DNA of 64,000 nucleotides from Caulobacteraceae bacterium (lineage in GTDB: Bacteria; Pseudomonadota; Alphaproteobacteria; Caulobacterales; Caulobacteraceae): assembly GCA_031291645.1 (NCBI GenBank), contig JARLIQ010000038.1:22414-86413 (forward strand), written 5' to 3'. A program made the position numbers and the translations under genes. A model generated the notes under the pieces. It did no database searches. It was not told where the DNA came from and saw nothing but the letters and a program-made list of their open reading frames with translations. Shown here piece after piece: positions 9,822-17,701 of the stretch; positions within the stretch are counted from its first letter, which is position 1, and every line of letters starts with the position of its first letter.

Positions 9822-9983
9822 ATGGACGTGAAGGACAAGGTCGTCGTGACCGGCGTCGCCGAGGGGATCGGCGCGGCCCTCGCCCGCCGCTCGGCCCGCG
9901 AAGGCGCAAGAGTGGCGATCGTGGCTGATCGGGACGGCGATGGCGCCATCGCGATGATCATGACAGCGCCGACGCTCAATTGA
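9822..9983 (+). pseudogene. N-terminal remnant of a short-chain dehydrogenase/reductase
   Basis: Manual 53-codon ORF: MDVKDKVVVTGVAEGIGAALARRSAREGARVAIVADRDGDG..., followed by a premature stop. Only the TGxxxGIG Rossmann turn is present. Confidence 0.55.
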
Positions 9984-9989
9984 GCCCTA

Positions 9990-10211
9990 TCATCCGGTCG
10001 GACGCTCGCGCGCCGCCGGCTCGAATCGGGCGACCAGCCGCTTGTCGAACCACAGCTCGACCGGCTGCTGGCTCGGAACCCGGCGCGCCTCGGCCTTGGC
10101 CGCCTCGTCGTCCGGACAGCTGAGTTCGAAGGTCCGCAGATAGCCGCCGTCCGAGGCGATCTCGAAGGCCCTGTATCGCCTCACCGCCGCTCCCTTGGTC
10201 GATTCCGTCAT
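9990..10211 (-). CDS. Small conserved hypothetical protein (73 aa)
   Basis: Track ORF. The YRAFEI..DG.......C.DDEAA...A.......VELW pattern recalls a small protein family common in alphaproteobacteria. Function unknown. Confidence 0.5.
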   Translation of the reverse strand: MTESTKGAAVRRYRAFEIASDGGYLRTFELSCPDDEAAKAEARRVPSQQPVELWFDKRLVARFEPAARERPTG

Positions 10212-10285
10212 GGCCCACGACTAACCCGGCCCCGCCGGGCCTGTCCATGGTTTGGGCCGGACCCGCGGCGGTGTTCGGGCTCGCG

Positions 10286-10490
10286 TCAGGCGCCGGCACC
10301 GGCGCGCCAAGCCCGGGCCCAGGCCTCGATCCCGGCCATCTCGAGCAGCCTGAAGACGTGCTGGTCCTTCGGCGGCGCGGGGCCGGCGAGATAGGCCTCG
10401 ACGGCGGGCCACTCGATCAGGCCGGTCTGGTCGAGCCGGCCGCCCAGCAGGTGGTCGGCGAGGCTCGAGGGTGTCTTCGATCCCGTTCAT
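10286..10490 (-). pseudogene. Deletion scar of a second lasso-peptide operon: first ~7 codons of a precursor gene fused out of frame to the last ~60 codons of a lasso cyclase
   Basis: The 5' end (ATGAACGGGATCGAAGAC) and the 100 nt upstream are homologous to the start and leader region of the intact precursor at 26137. A second frame reads ...SSLADHLLGGRLDQTGLIEWPAVEAYLAGPAPPKDQHVFRLLEMAGIEAWARAWRAGAGA*. This aligns with the C-terminus of the cyclase at 23448..25277 (RRQLADLLIGGELDRMGLLDRPAVEAYLAQTGPPPDVNFYRLLEMAGAEAWIKSWRGR). Confidence 0.75.
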
Positions 10491-11118
10491 CGCAGGTCTC
10501 CGTCTGGATCGCCACGACGGCCTCGTGACCTCGGAAGGCCAGGCGCGGGCGGCGATGACCCCGAGGGAACAGGCCTCCGATCATCCGATAGTTAGCGCCG
10601 GCGCCGCCAAGCGGCGGCCTGCGGCTGGAGGCGGCTTCCGTGGTCTGATAGGACGGGCGGCCGGTTGGCCGACACGCATGTCCAGGCGGCTCGCTAAAGG
10701 TGTCGGCGCGTGTCTCAAGCGCGTTCTCAACGACCGGCGATCTCGACTTCAGGGCTCGGGACGCTTCCCGCCCCGAGCCTGCGCGGCCATGGTCAACGCA
10801 CCTGGCGTTCGAGCGCGCCGACGGTCAGGACCGGCCGGCGTGAGGCCTTGGAACGCCGTTCAGCCGCCGTGGGCGTCGCGACACCTGCCCTTGGCTTCGA
10901 TTTTGTGGCCGCCGGCGCCGGCATAGGGCGCGGTGGCGCGCAGCGGGACGCCGCGACATTGTGCGGTGACGTTCGCGCCTCCGCCCGATTCGAAGTGACC
11001 GCCACGGCGCTAATAGTAGCTGCTTCAAATGCCGAAACAGCGCCATTCCTTCGCGTTGACGCCGCTGCTGTCCGATCGGCGTGAGGCGTTCAGGGCAGGC
11101 CGAGCGGCGTCGCGGCAT

Positions 11119-12038
11119 TCAATCGGCCGGCGCATTTCGCCACGGCCCGCCCGTCGCCCATCGCTGATCGAACCCCCGACCCGCCGCCACGGCCTGGGCC
11201 GGCGCGCATCATCAGCGCGGCGATCAGCGCCTGGATGTCGGGAAACGGCTCCGGCGCCAGGACGATGTCCGTCCGGCGTAGGAAGGCGGTCCATTGCGTC
11301 TGCTTGGCGTCGGCGAAGGCGGCCGAGAGCGCCAGCGGCGGCTCGGCGAGCGGTGGGGTTTCGCGCCGGGCGAACGTCGCGGCGATGGCCTCGGCTAGAC
11401 CCCGGCCTTCGAAGGCGAAGGTGTTGGCGATCGCCTAGACGTCGAAGAAATCCTTCATCCGCGAGTTGGCGATTCCCAGCGCCGTCATGGCCTGGAATTT
11501 TTCCGCCAGCACCGTCTCCGGCGGATAGGCCTTGAGCCGAGGCATAGGCAGGTCGAGAAGCGACGGATAGTCAATGTCGAGGACGCCGCGTGATGGCGTC
11601 GCCATAGCCAATGTCCACGTGGATCGGCAGTCGCGCCCCGGCCAGCTCAGCCTGGACGTCCAAGGAGACGCCGCTGTATTCGTCCTCCGCCCGCGCTGCG
11701 GCTGCCCGAAGCGTCTCCGGCTTGAAGATCACGCCGTCGTCGCTCGGGATCGCCAGCACCTGCCGGAAAGTCTCGGCCACCCGAGCGGGCGCGTTGTCGC
11801 CGGACCCGAGCAGATCGAGGTCCCCCGTCGCCCGATAAGGCGTCGGCGCCCATAGGCTGAACAGCATGGCGCCCTTCAGCACGAACGCTCCCCGGAAGGC
11901 GGACAGGCTGAGCCGGTAAAGCAGCCGCTCAATCGCATAGCGGGTCATGACGAGCTGGGCGTTCTCCCGCCGCTCGCGGGCTCGCTGCGTCAGCCGCACC
12001 CGCGCGGAGGCGGCCAGGTTGACCGGCGTCCTGGTCAC
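11119..12038 (-). pseudogene. AbiEii/DUF1814-family nucleotidyltransferase toxin, disrupted
   Basis: GTG 12038 overlaps the AbiEi stop (GTGA). The N-terminal part (RYAIERLLYRLS...FVLKGAMLF...TGDLDLLG...VDIGYGDAIT) ends at a stop at 11571. Homology resumes in another frame (..GVLDIDYPSLLDLPMPRLKAYPPETVLAEKFQAMTALGIANSRMKDFFDV) and then hits an in-frame TAG (11435-11437). Confidence 0.75.
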
Positions 12039-12643
12039 GCCAGCGCTTCCAGATAGGGCCGGATCACCGTCTGCACGCGATCCACCTCGGCATAGCGCCA
12101 CAGGTCGTCGATGGGCGGGCGCCGAGACCCGGCGAACAGGTCCCGCAGCGCCTCCACCGCGACATCGACGCCGATCTTGTTGCGATACTTCAAGCAGTCC
12201 GCGACGGTCTTGGCGGGCGAGGTCATCGGCACGGGCACGCCATCGATCGTGTGGACCTCCACCCCAGCGCGCAGCGAGGGGGCGCCGGCGCGGATGACCT
12301 TGATTTGCACGGCGGGATTGACCGGCGCCCAGTCCTTTGGTCCCAGCAGCATCCAGACGGCGTGAGGCGTTTGCGTGGTCAGCTCATGGAATTGCAGGGC
12401 CGACAGCAGGCCGATCACGCCCTTCGGCTGGATTCGCCATGCTTCCGCCAGACTGGAGGCGGCGTCGGACGGAACGTCGCTTAGCTTGTAGAGCCCGCGC
12501 CCGATCCGTTGCAGGACGCCTTCCCGCGTGAGCCGCTGGAGATAGACCCGCGGGACGCCGGCTTTATCGAAATCGGCGCCGCGCGCGATCCCACGCTCAC
12601 GGGCGACCTCGACGGCGCGATTCCTATGGTGGCGGGCTTCCAC
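12035..12643 (-). CDS. AbiEi-family type IV toxin-antitoxin antitoxin / transcriptional regulator
   Basis: RGIARGADF...GVLQRIGRGLYKL is the AbiEi N-terminal winged-HTH signature. The protein is 202 aa and sits directly upstream of, and overlapping, the AbiEii remnant. Confidence 0.8.
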   Translation of the reverse strand: MEARHHRNRAVEVARERGIARGADFDKAGVPRVYLQRLTREGVLQRIGRGLYKLSDVPSDAASSLAEAWRIQPKGVIGLLSALQFHELTTQTPHAVWMLLGPKDWAPVNPAVQIKVIRAGAPSLRAGVEVHTIDGVPVPMTSPAKTVADCLKYRNKIGVDVAVEALRDLFAGSRRPPIDDLWRYAEVDRVQTVIRPYLEALA

Positions 12644-12669
12644 AAAGCTGTTCCTATTCCTCGGTAATT

Positions 12670-12679
12670 AATAGCTATT
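12670..12679. promoter_or_regulatory. Perfect 10-bp palindrome AATAGCTATT in the A/T-rich abiEi upstream region (possible autoregulatory operator)
   Basis: Seen directly, 27 nt upstream of the abiEi start codon inside TAATTAATAGCTATTTACGTGGATTTATAA. Confidence 0.3.
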
Positions 12680-12863
12680 TACGTGGATTTATAACATACC
12701 GCTGACCGGGTTGCGAGTGGCGACGCCGTTCAGCCGCGCCAACCCTCTTCGGGTTCAGGCCGTATCGGGCGGCAAGGGCGCGGGCGCCTCTTGCGACGCT
12801 TGGAGCGCGCCTTGAACACAGCGCCGTGCGAGCGCCGCCGTGAAGACGCTTGCCGTGGGGCAT
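12675..12863 (-). mobile_element. Possible degraded N-terminal HTH fragment of an IS481-like transposase
   Basis: The track ORF contains ...HGGARTALCSRRAPSVARGARALAARYGLNPKRV..., reminiscent of HKNARTTP...RALAxxYGINPKTVxKW in IS481-family transposases. No catalytic domain follows. Confidence 0.3.
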
Positions 12864-12993
12864 CCTCCTCCTGGCGGCTCAGGCGCAATGCTGCGCCATC
12901 AGAGTCCGGGACTGCACACCTAGACGAAGGCGAACCGCACGACCTCACCGGCGGGGTCAGGAAGTTGGCTCGACGAGCGCGATCCCCACGGCC

Positions 12994-13606
12994 TCAGGGC
13001 GCAGGACGGTGCAGCAGGTCGACGAGCTGCGGCGTCGCTCGAACCCGTCGGCGATGATAGGCGACCAGCGCCTGGCGGAAGCCCGCGCCGTCGGGCTCGT
13101 CCAGCAGGCGGACGAGGTCGGCCATTTCGGCCGCGAGGGCCGCCCAGCACCTGGGCCTCGAGGCGCCGCACGGCGTGGAGCTGATCGTTCAGTCCGGCGA
13201 GCGCCAGCGCGCAAGCGCTGCTCCCCGTGCGCCGCGCCAGCGTCGAGAAAAGCGCCGCGGCCGCCGCGGGCGGCGCGGGCTCCGGCCCTTCCAAGGCCTG
13301 GCCCGGCGCCGCCGACCAGGCCAGCTGGGCGGCGAGGGCGGCGATCCTGCCATTCCACTCGTAGAGGTCCTTCAGGCTGATCTCGGTGACCGGCGGGCGG
13401 TGGAAGCCCTCGCTCGGCCGCGCCTCGACAAGGTGTTCGCCCACGAGCCGCTGGAGGGCGGCGCGCACCGGGGTCAGACTGGAGTTTAGAGCCTCGGCCA
13501 GCCGGGGCGCTTCGATGCGCTCGCCCGGCCGGAACACGCCCTCAAGCACCCTCTGTTTGACGGCGGCGTAGATGCGCTCGCTGGTCGGATTGCCTGCGGG
13601 GCTCAT
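12994..13606 (-). pseudogene. GntR-family (FadR/FCD-like) transcriptional regulator with an apparent +1 frameshift
   Basis: The N-terminus ERIYAAVKQRVLEGVFRPGERIEAPRLAEALNSSLTPVRAALQRLVGEHLVE is a GntR winged helix. After ...RRLEAQVLGG (about 13136-13140, run GGCGGCCCTC) the listed frame becomes Arg/Pro junk. The adjacent frame continues plausibly (LAAEMADLVRLLDEPDGAGFRQALVAYHRRRVRATPQLVDLLHRPAP*, stop 12994-12996). Confidence 0.6.
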
Positions 13607-13663
13607 GGGGCGCGCTCCAAGGCCGGATCGGGATGGGCGGGCGAGACCGGATGACCGCTTGGC

Positions 13664-14404
13664 TCAGGCGACCCGACCCAGGTCCAGCCGCCGCAGGGCC
13701 GCGTCGGCGCGTTGGGCGAGCGCATCGACGCTGTCCGCCAGCCCCGCCGCCTCGGCGAAGGCTTGCTCGATCGAGGTCAACGGCAGGCGCGCCCAGGGCG
13801 CATCGGGGTCGATCTCCATCAGGAACGGGTCGCGACGGCCGGTCAGCGCCCGAAGGTGCTCCGCCTCGGCCGGTGTGATCGGCAGGCTGACGGCCACGGC
13901 CGTCCCGCCTTCGGGATAGGGCAAGGGCGCGCCCAGCGCGCGCAGCCGCCAGCCGGTGCGCAGCGCATAGCCCATCATCGAGGCGTCCGGCAGCGCCAGG
14001 CATTGGCTTGCGCCGCGGCCGAGCAGATATTCGACCAGGCCGATGCGGATCTCCTGCCCGGCGGCGGGATCGGCGCCGATGTTCACCCAGCGCGCCATCT
14101 CCCAGAGCCCGCGGTCCTCGCGCAGCGCCTTCGCATCACCGGCGACGTGGTGGGGCATGTTGTCGATCACCATCGAGAAGTCGTCGGCGGGGCGCACGCG
14201 GATGCTGGAGAAGCAGCCGCCGGCCTCGTCCAGCGCCAGGAGGTAGACGGCCCGTTCATCGTCGCCCTCGTCGTACTCGCCGCCGTCGCGGACCTTGAGG
14301 TTCCAGCCGCGGGTGCGCACGAAGAGCTCGTAGCGCTGGCGGTGCATCTGTTCGAGCTGGCGGGCGTAGAGCGCGCGATTGCGGTGGGTGCAGACGTGAA
14401 GCAT
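13664..14404 (-). CDS. Acyl-homoserine-lactone synthase (LuxI family)
   Basis: RQRYELFVRTRGWNL...EYDEGDDERAVYLLA...SSIRVRP...WEMARW is the autoinducer-synthase core. It has a ~40 aa C-terminal extension relative to typical LuxI proteins. Confidence 0.8.
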   Translation of the reverse strand: MLHVCTHRNRALYARQLEQMHRQRYELFVRTRGWNLKVRDGGEYDEGDDERAVYLLALDEAGGCFSSIRVRPADDFSMVIDNMPHHVAGDAKALREDRGLWEMARWVNIGADPAAGQEIRIGLVEYLLGRGASQCLALPDASMMGYALRTGWRLRALGAPLPYPEGGTAVAVSLPITPAEAEHLRALTGRRDPFLMEIDPDAPWARLPLTSIEQAFAEAAGLADSVDALAQRADAALRRLDLGRVA

Positions 14405-14616
14405 GGCTGGTCCTCCGGTGTCGCTGGGAGGGAGCCGCGCCGCAACGCCGGCGTCTATTCCTCGAATCCGGGGAGTTTACGGCTCGGCCGTCCCGTCCGA
14501 TGATCTCGCGCCCCGGCGGGCGCACGGGAGCGCCACGTCCGACGCGCAAGGCGCCATGTTGATCGTTGAACACCCCGAGCAGGCCGCGGCCTTATGAGCT
14601 GTCCGTACTGCGCGCC

Positions 14617-15381
14617 TCAGCAGAGCATCGCCGGGTCGGGAACCAGATAGCCGAATGTCAGGGCCTTCGCGATCAGCTGCGGCCGGGTCTGGACTTCGAG
14701 CTTGGTTTTGGCGGCGTCGATGTAGATCCGCACCGTGTGCTGGGAGAGGCCGAGGATTACGGCGATTTCCGCATCATGCTTGCCCTGGGCCATCCAGTAG
14801 ACACACTCCTGCTCGCGACGGGTCAGCGCCGTCTTCGGCGCCGGCCCCGCCCCAAGCGCGCCGAACAGAAGCGTCAGGCCCTGGCTGGCGTAGACCTGGG
14901 CCGAGCCTTCGAACACCGCCCGCTCGGCGTCGCTGAGCACGATCTTCCGGTCGCTGAGCAGGTTGACCACCGAGAATTCGCCGTAGGGCCCATGAACCGG
15001 GACCACCAGCCCGTCCTTAGCCCAGAGTTCACGCGCCTCGCCGAAGAAGTCGCGCTGCTCGCGCGAGCCGTCCGGCTTCTCGGCCTGGCCCCAGGTGAAA
15101 GCGCGACGGGAGGTGAAGGCCTGCGGAATGGTTGGGTCCAGACGGGCGTAGCGGCGAGCGTTGTAGTGCGCGATCCAGGGATCGGGATCGCCGAACACCA
15201 CCCTCGGCGACACCGGCGCGCCGGAGCTCGAAAGATGGACGAACATGGCGGAGTTGAAGCCCTGCCCCTGCACGAACCGCCGGAAGCGGTCGTCGAGCAT
15301 CTCGATCTTCGCGCAATCGCTCGCCGCCATCATGAAGTCGGCGGCGGCGTTCCCGAGGCCCCGATCGTCTGACTCAATCAT
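14617..15381 (-). CDS. LuxR-family transcriptional regulator (autoinducer-binding domain plus HTH)
   Basis: An N-terminal autoinducer-binding-like domain is followed by a C-terminal LTRREQECVYWMAQGKHDAEIAVILGLSQHTVRIYIDAAKTKL GerE/LuxR HTH. It lies immediately upstream of luxI. Confidence 0.85.
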   Translation of the reverse strand: MIESDDRGLGNAAADFMMAASDCAKIEMLDDRFRRFVQGQGFNSAMFVHLSSSGAPVSPRVVFGDPDPWIAHYNARRYARLDPTIPQAFTSRRAFTWGQAEKPDGSREQRDFFGEARELWAKDGLVVPVHGPYGEFSVVNLLSDRKIVLSDAERAVFEGSAQVYASQGLTLLFGALGAGPAPKTALTRREQECVYWMAQGKHDAEIAVILGLSQHTVRIYIDAAKTKLEVQTRPQLIAKALTFGYLVPDPAMLC

Positions 15382-15663
15382 GAGGTGATTTCAGGAGACG
15401 GGTGGGCGATTGCAAGAACTATCGATCAGACTCCGGACGAAATCGAAGCGTAGATCGTTTCGTTAGCCACCTGTAATGCCTTATGTTACAACAGAAACAT
15501 TAGAGATGAGATTTCACCTGGGCTTGCGACCGCTTGGCGAACCGACCGGTATGCCGGCGTCTCCAGGAACGTGCAACTCCCCGGTTTCGAGGATAGACGC
15601 GCATTCCACCTCTACCACAGGGTGTGATTTCCTGACCTGGACGGATCGCCTCCAAGCAAGCCC

Positions 15664-16542
15664 ATGGACGGATCAGACGCTCTGTTCTCCACCGAGGTCC
15701 AGACCGCCATGGCCGTGGCCGAACTCGCAAGTTTCAGCCGGGCCGGCCGGCGCCTCAGCGTCGAACAGTCCACCGTCAGCCGTCGCATTCGCGGCCTCGA
15801 AGAACGGCTCGGCGTCGCCCTGTTCGAACGCGGCCCGTTCGGGATCCGACTCACCCCGGCGGGGCGGCTCTTCCTGGCCCGGCTGGCGCGCTCGCGAAGT
15901 CTCCTGAGCGACGCCCTGAGCGAGGCGCGGCGAACGGGCGCCGCTGAGACCGGCGTCTTGAAGCTGGGGGCGGCCTGGACCTTCGCCGCCGGACGCGCCC
16001 AGGCCCTGGTGATGGCCTTTCGCGAGCGCCAATCCGGCGTCCGGCTGCTCCTGACGGAACGCGGCCCCACCGACCTCATCGCCATGCTGCTCAGCGGCGA
16101 CCTGGACTGCGCGTTCGTCGACCCTGCCTCGGCGTCCGAGCCAGGCCTCTGCGTCGAGCCTCTGTGGCGCGAGCGGGTGTATCTCGCCAGCTCGGCCGAT
16201 CGGCGCCCCCTCCCCGCCCATCGCGTCCTGCTTTGCCGAACCGCCGACGACGGCCTCGGCCTCGCCCGCCGGTTTCGGCCCGCAGGCGATGAGCCGGCTG
16301 AGGTCCAGGTTCACGACTGCTCCCGCGACAGCCTGCTGGCTCTCGTGGCCTCGGGCGAGGGCGTCACCCTCGCACCGGAGAGCGTCGCCGCGCTGGGCGG
16401 GAACGGCGTCCGCTTCTCGCCGGCGCCGGGCCCGGACGCCTATACGCAAGTCGGCGCGGCCTGGCGGCGGGAAAGCGGGAACCCCGCGCTGAACCGGTTC
16501 ATCGGCCTGGCCCGGCGCCTTCCGGCTCAGGCGGGCCACTGA
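15664..16542 (+). CDS. LysR-family transcriptional regulator
   Basis: HTH block VAELASFSRAGRRLSVEQSTVSRRIRGLEERLGVALFER plus a LysR substrate-binding region. Confidence 0.85.
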   Translation: MDGSDALFSTEVQTAMAVAELASFSRAGRRLSVEQSTVSRRIRGLEERLGVALFERGPFGIRLTPAGRLFLARLARSRSLLSDALSEARRTGAAETGVLKLGAAWTFAAGRAQALVMAFRERQSGVRLLLTERGPTDLIAMLLSGDLDCAFVDPASASEPGLCVEPLWRERVYLASSADRRPLPAHRVLLCRTADDGLGLARRFRPAGDEPAEVQVHDCSRDSLLALVASGEGVTLAPESVAALGGNGVRFSPAPGPDAYTQVGAAWRRESGNPALNRFIGLARRLPAQAGH

Positions 16543-17104
16543 GCCTTCTCGGGCGGCGCGGCGGCGGCGGGACCTGCGCAGGTCCGGCGCCATGACTCTG
16601 AAACGCGCGCGCCAGTTCGCCCGCGCCGAGCCGCGCATAGTCGGCCTTGTTTCGCCAGTCGCGCCGCGCCATTGCAGGGCCCGCCTCGGTGGACGCTGGC
16701 GCCGGGTGCGCCAGCCGTCGCCTCAGGCGCCACTCTGAGCGACAAAGGTTGGCGAACCGGCGCCGCGAACGCCAGCCGATCGCATGCCGCCATGCGCCAC
16801 ACGCATGGCGGCTCGGGACATCGCCCGAAACACGCTTGAAGTTGCATCTGAAATCAATCTAGGCTCGCCTCGCGCCGCTCAATCGCGGCGCCGAGGCGTG
16901 AGAACCTCGCTCTTGAGATGTCCCCCTGACGTGACGTCGCCAGGCGACCGCACTGCGCGAGCGCCCGCTGCGAGCACGCAAGCCTCAGGCCGTCGTTCTC
17001 GTCGCGGGCGCACACGCTCGCGTCGCCTTGCGGACCGCAGATCGCGCAAGACCCTCGCCCGCTCAGGGCGGGTGGTCGCGCCGATGCGCTTGTGGGGTGA
17101 AGCG

Positions 17105-17701
17105 ATGCGCCTGGACGGCTTGGATGGGGGGATTGAACCGATCGACGAGGAGGATCGGGTGGAGCGCAGCCGGCCCATGGCCGACGCGATGCCCGAGCCG
17201 GGCCACGGGCTTGACGCCCTGTTCCGCGACCAGGCGCCCAGGCTGATGAAGCTGCTGGCCCGCAACACCTTCGGGCGCGACGACGCCCTCGACATCATCC
17301 AGGAGGGATTCCTGAGGATGGTCTGCGCGGTGAAGCGCCAAGCCCTCCCCCTCAATCCCGAGGCCTATCTCCAGAGCATCGTGCGCAACCTGATGCGCGA
17401 CCATGCGCGCAAGGCCGCCGTCCGCCGCAGCGGTCAGCACCGTCTCCTGGATCCCGAGGTTCTGGGCGGCCGGAGCGACGATCCGGAAGCGGTGCTGCAG
17501 GCGCGGGACCTGCTGCGGCGCTACGAAGCGGCGCTCGCGCGATTGAGCCCGAAGACCCGAGATGTTTTCCTGCGCCACAGAGTGGGCGGCTTCAGCTACG
17601 CCGAGATCGCCGAGCAGTTGAACCAGAGCGTGAGCAACATCGAAAAGCACATGATGAAGGCGATCGCGCATCTCGACCGGATGCTGGGAGACGACGCGTG
17701 A
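17105..17701 (+). CDS. ECF (FecI-like) RNA polymerase sigma factor
   Basis: Track ORF 16784..17701, but its first ~100 codons are Arg/Ser-rich junk. The sigma-2 (DALDIIQEGFLRM) and sigma-4 (SYAEIAEQLNQSVSNIEKHMMKA) regions lie after ATG 17105 (alternative ATG about 17177). A GTGA overlap joins it to the FecR gene. Confidence 0.8.
   Translation: MRLDGLDGGIEPIDEEDRVERSRPMADAMPEPGHGLDALFRDQAPRLMKLLARNTFGRDDALDIIQEGFLRMVCAVKRQALPLNPEAYLQSIVRNLMRDHARKAAVRRSGQHRLLDPEVLGGRSDDPEAVLQARDLLRRYEAALARLSPKTRDVFLRHRVGGFSYAEIAEQLNQSVSNIEKHMMKAIAHLDRMLGDDA

Noticed and set aside
10793-11118. Several overlapping 70-97-aa ORFs, plus a Gly/His-rich frame (..GGHFESGGGANVTAQCRGVPLRATAPYAGAGGHKIEAKGRCRDAHGG*), between the lasso scar and the AbiEii remnant.
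   Set aside because: None has both a credible start and a recognisable family, and the Gly/His frame is preceded by in-frame stops. This is most likely degraded sequence.
15471-15494. CTGTAATGCCTTATGTTACAACAG upstream of luxR, considered as a lux box.
   Set aside because: Only the outer 4-5 bp of each arm are complementary (TGTAA/TTACA, CTGT/ACAG). The spacing does not fit the 18-20 bp lux/tra-box consensus. This is not enough to call a binding site.
16540-16671. A small minus-strand ORF (MARRDWRNKADYARLGAGELARAFQ...) reminiscent of DUF6499-type ICE regulatory proteins.
   Set aside because: The resemblance covers only ~20 residues. The diagnostic WxWEFLRRNP motif is missing in every frame, and the ORF overlaps the 3' end of the LysR gene. 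It is possibly a tiny remnant but is unsupported.
16786-16812. An 11-bp perfect hairpin GCCGCCATGCG-CCACA-CGCATGGCGGC upstream of the ECF sigma gene.
   Set aside because: It has no U-tract and no clear partner gene end. It could be an operator or chance G+C palindrome, and there is too little context to assign a function.
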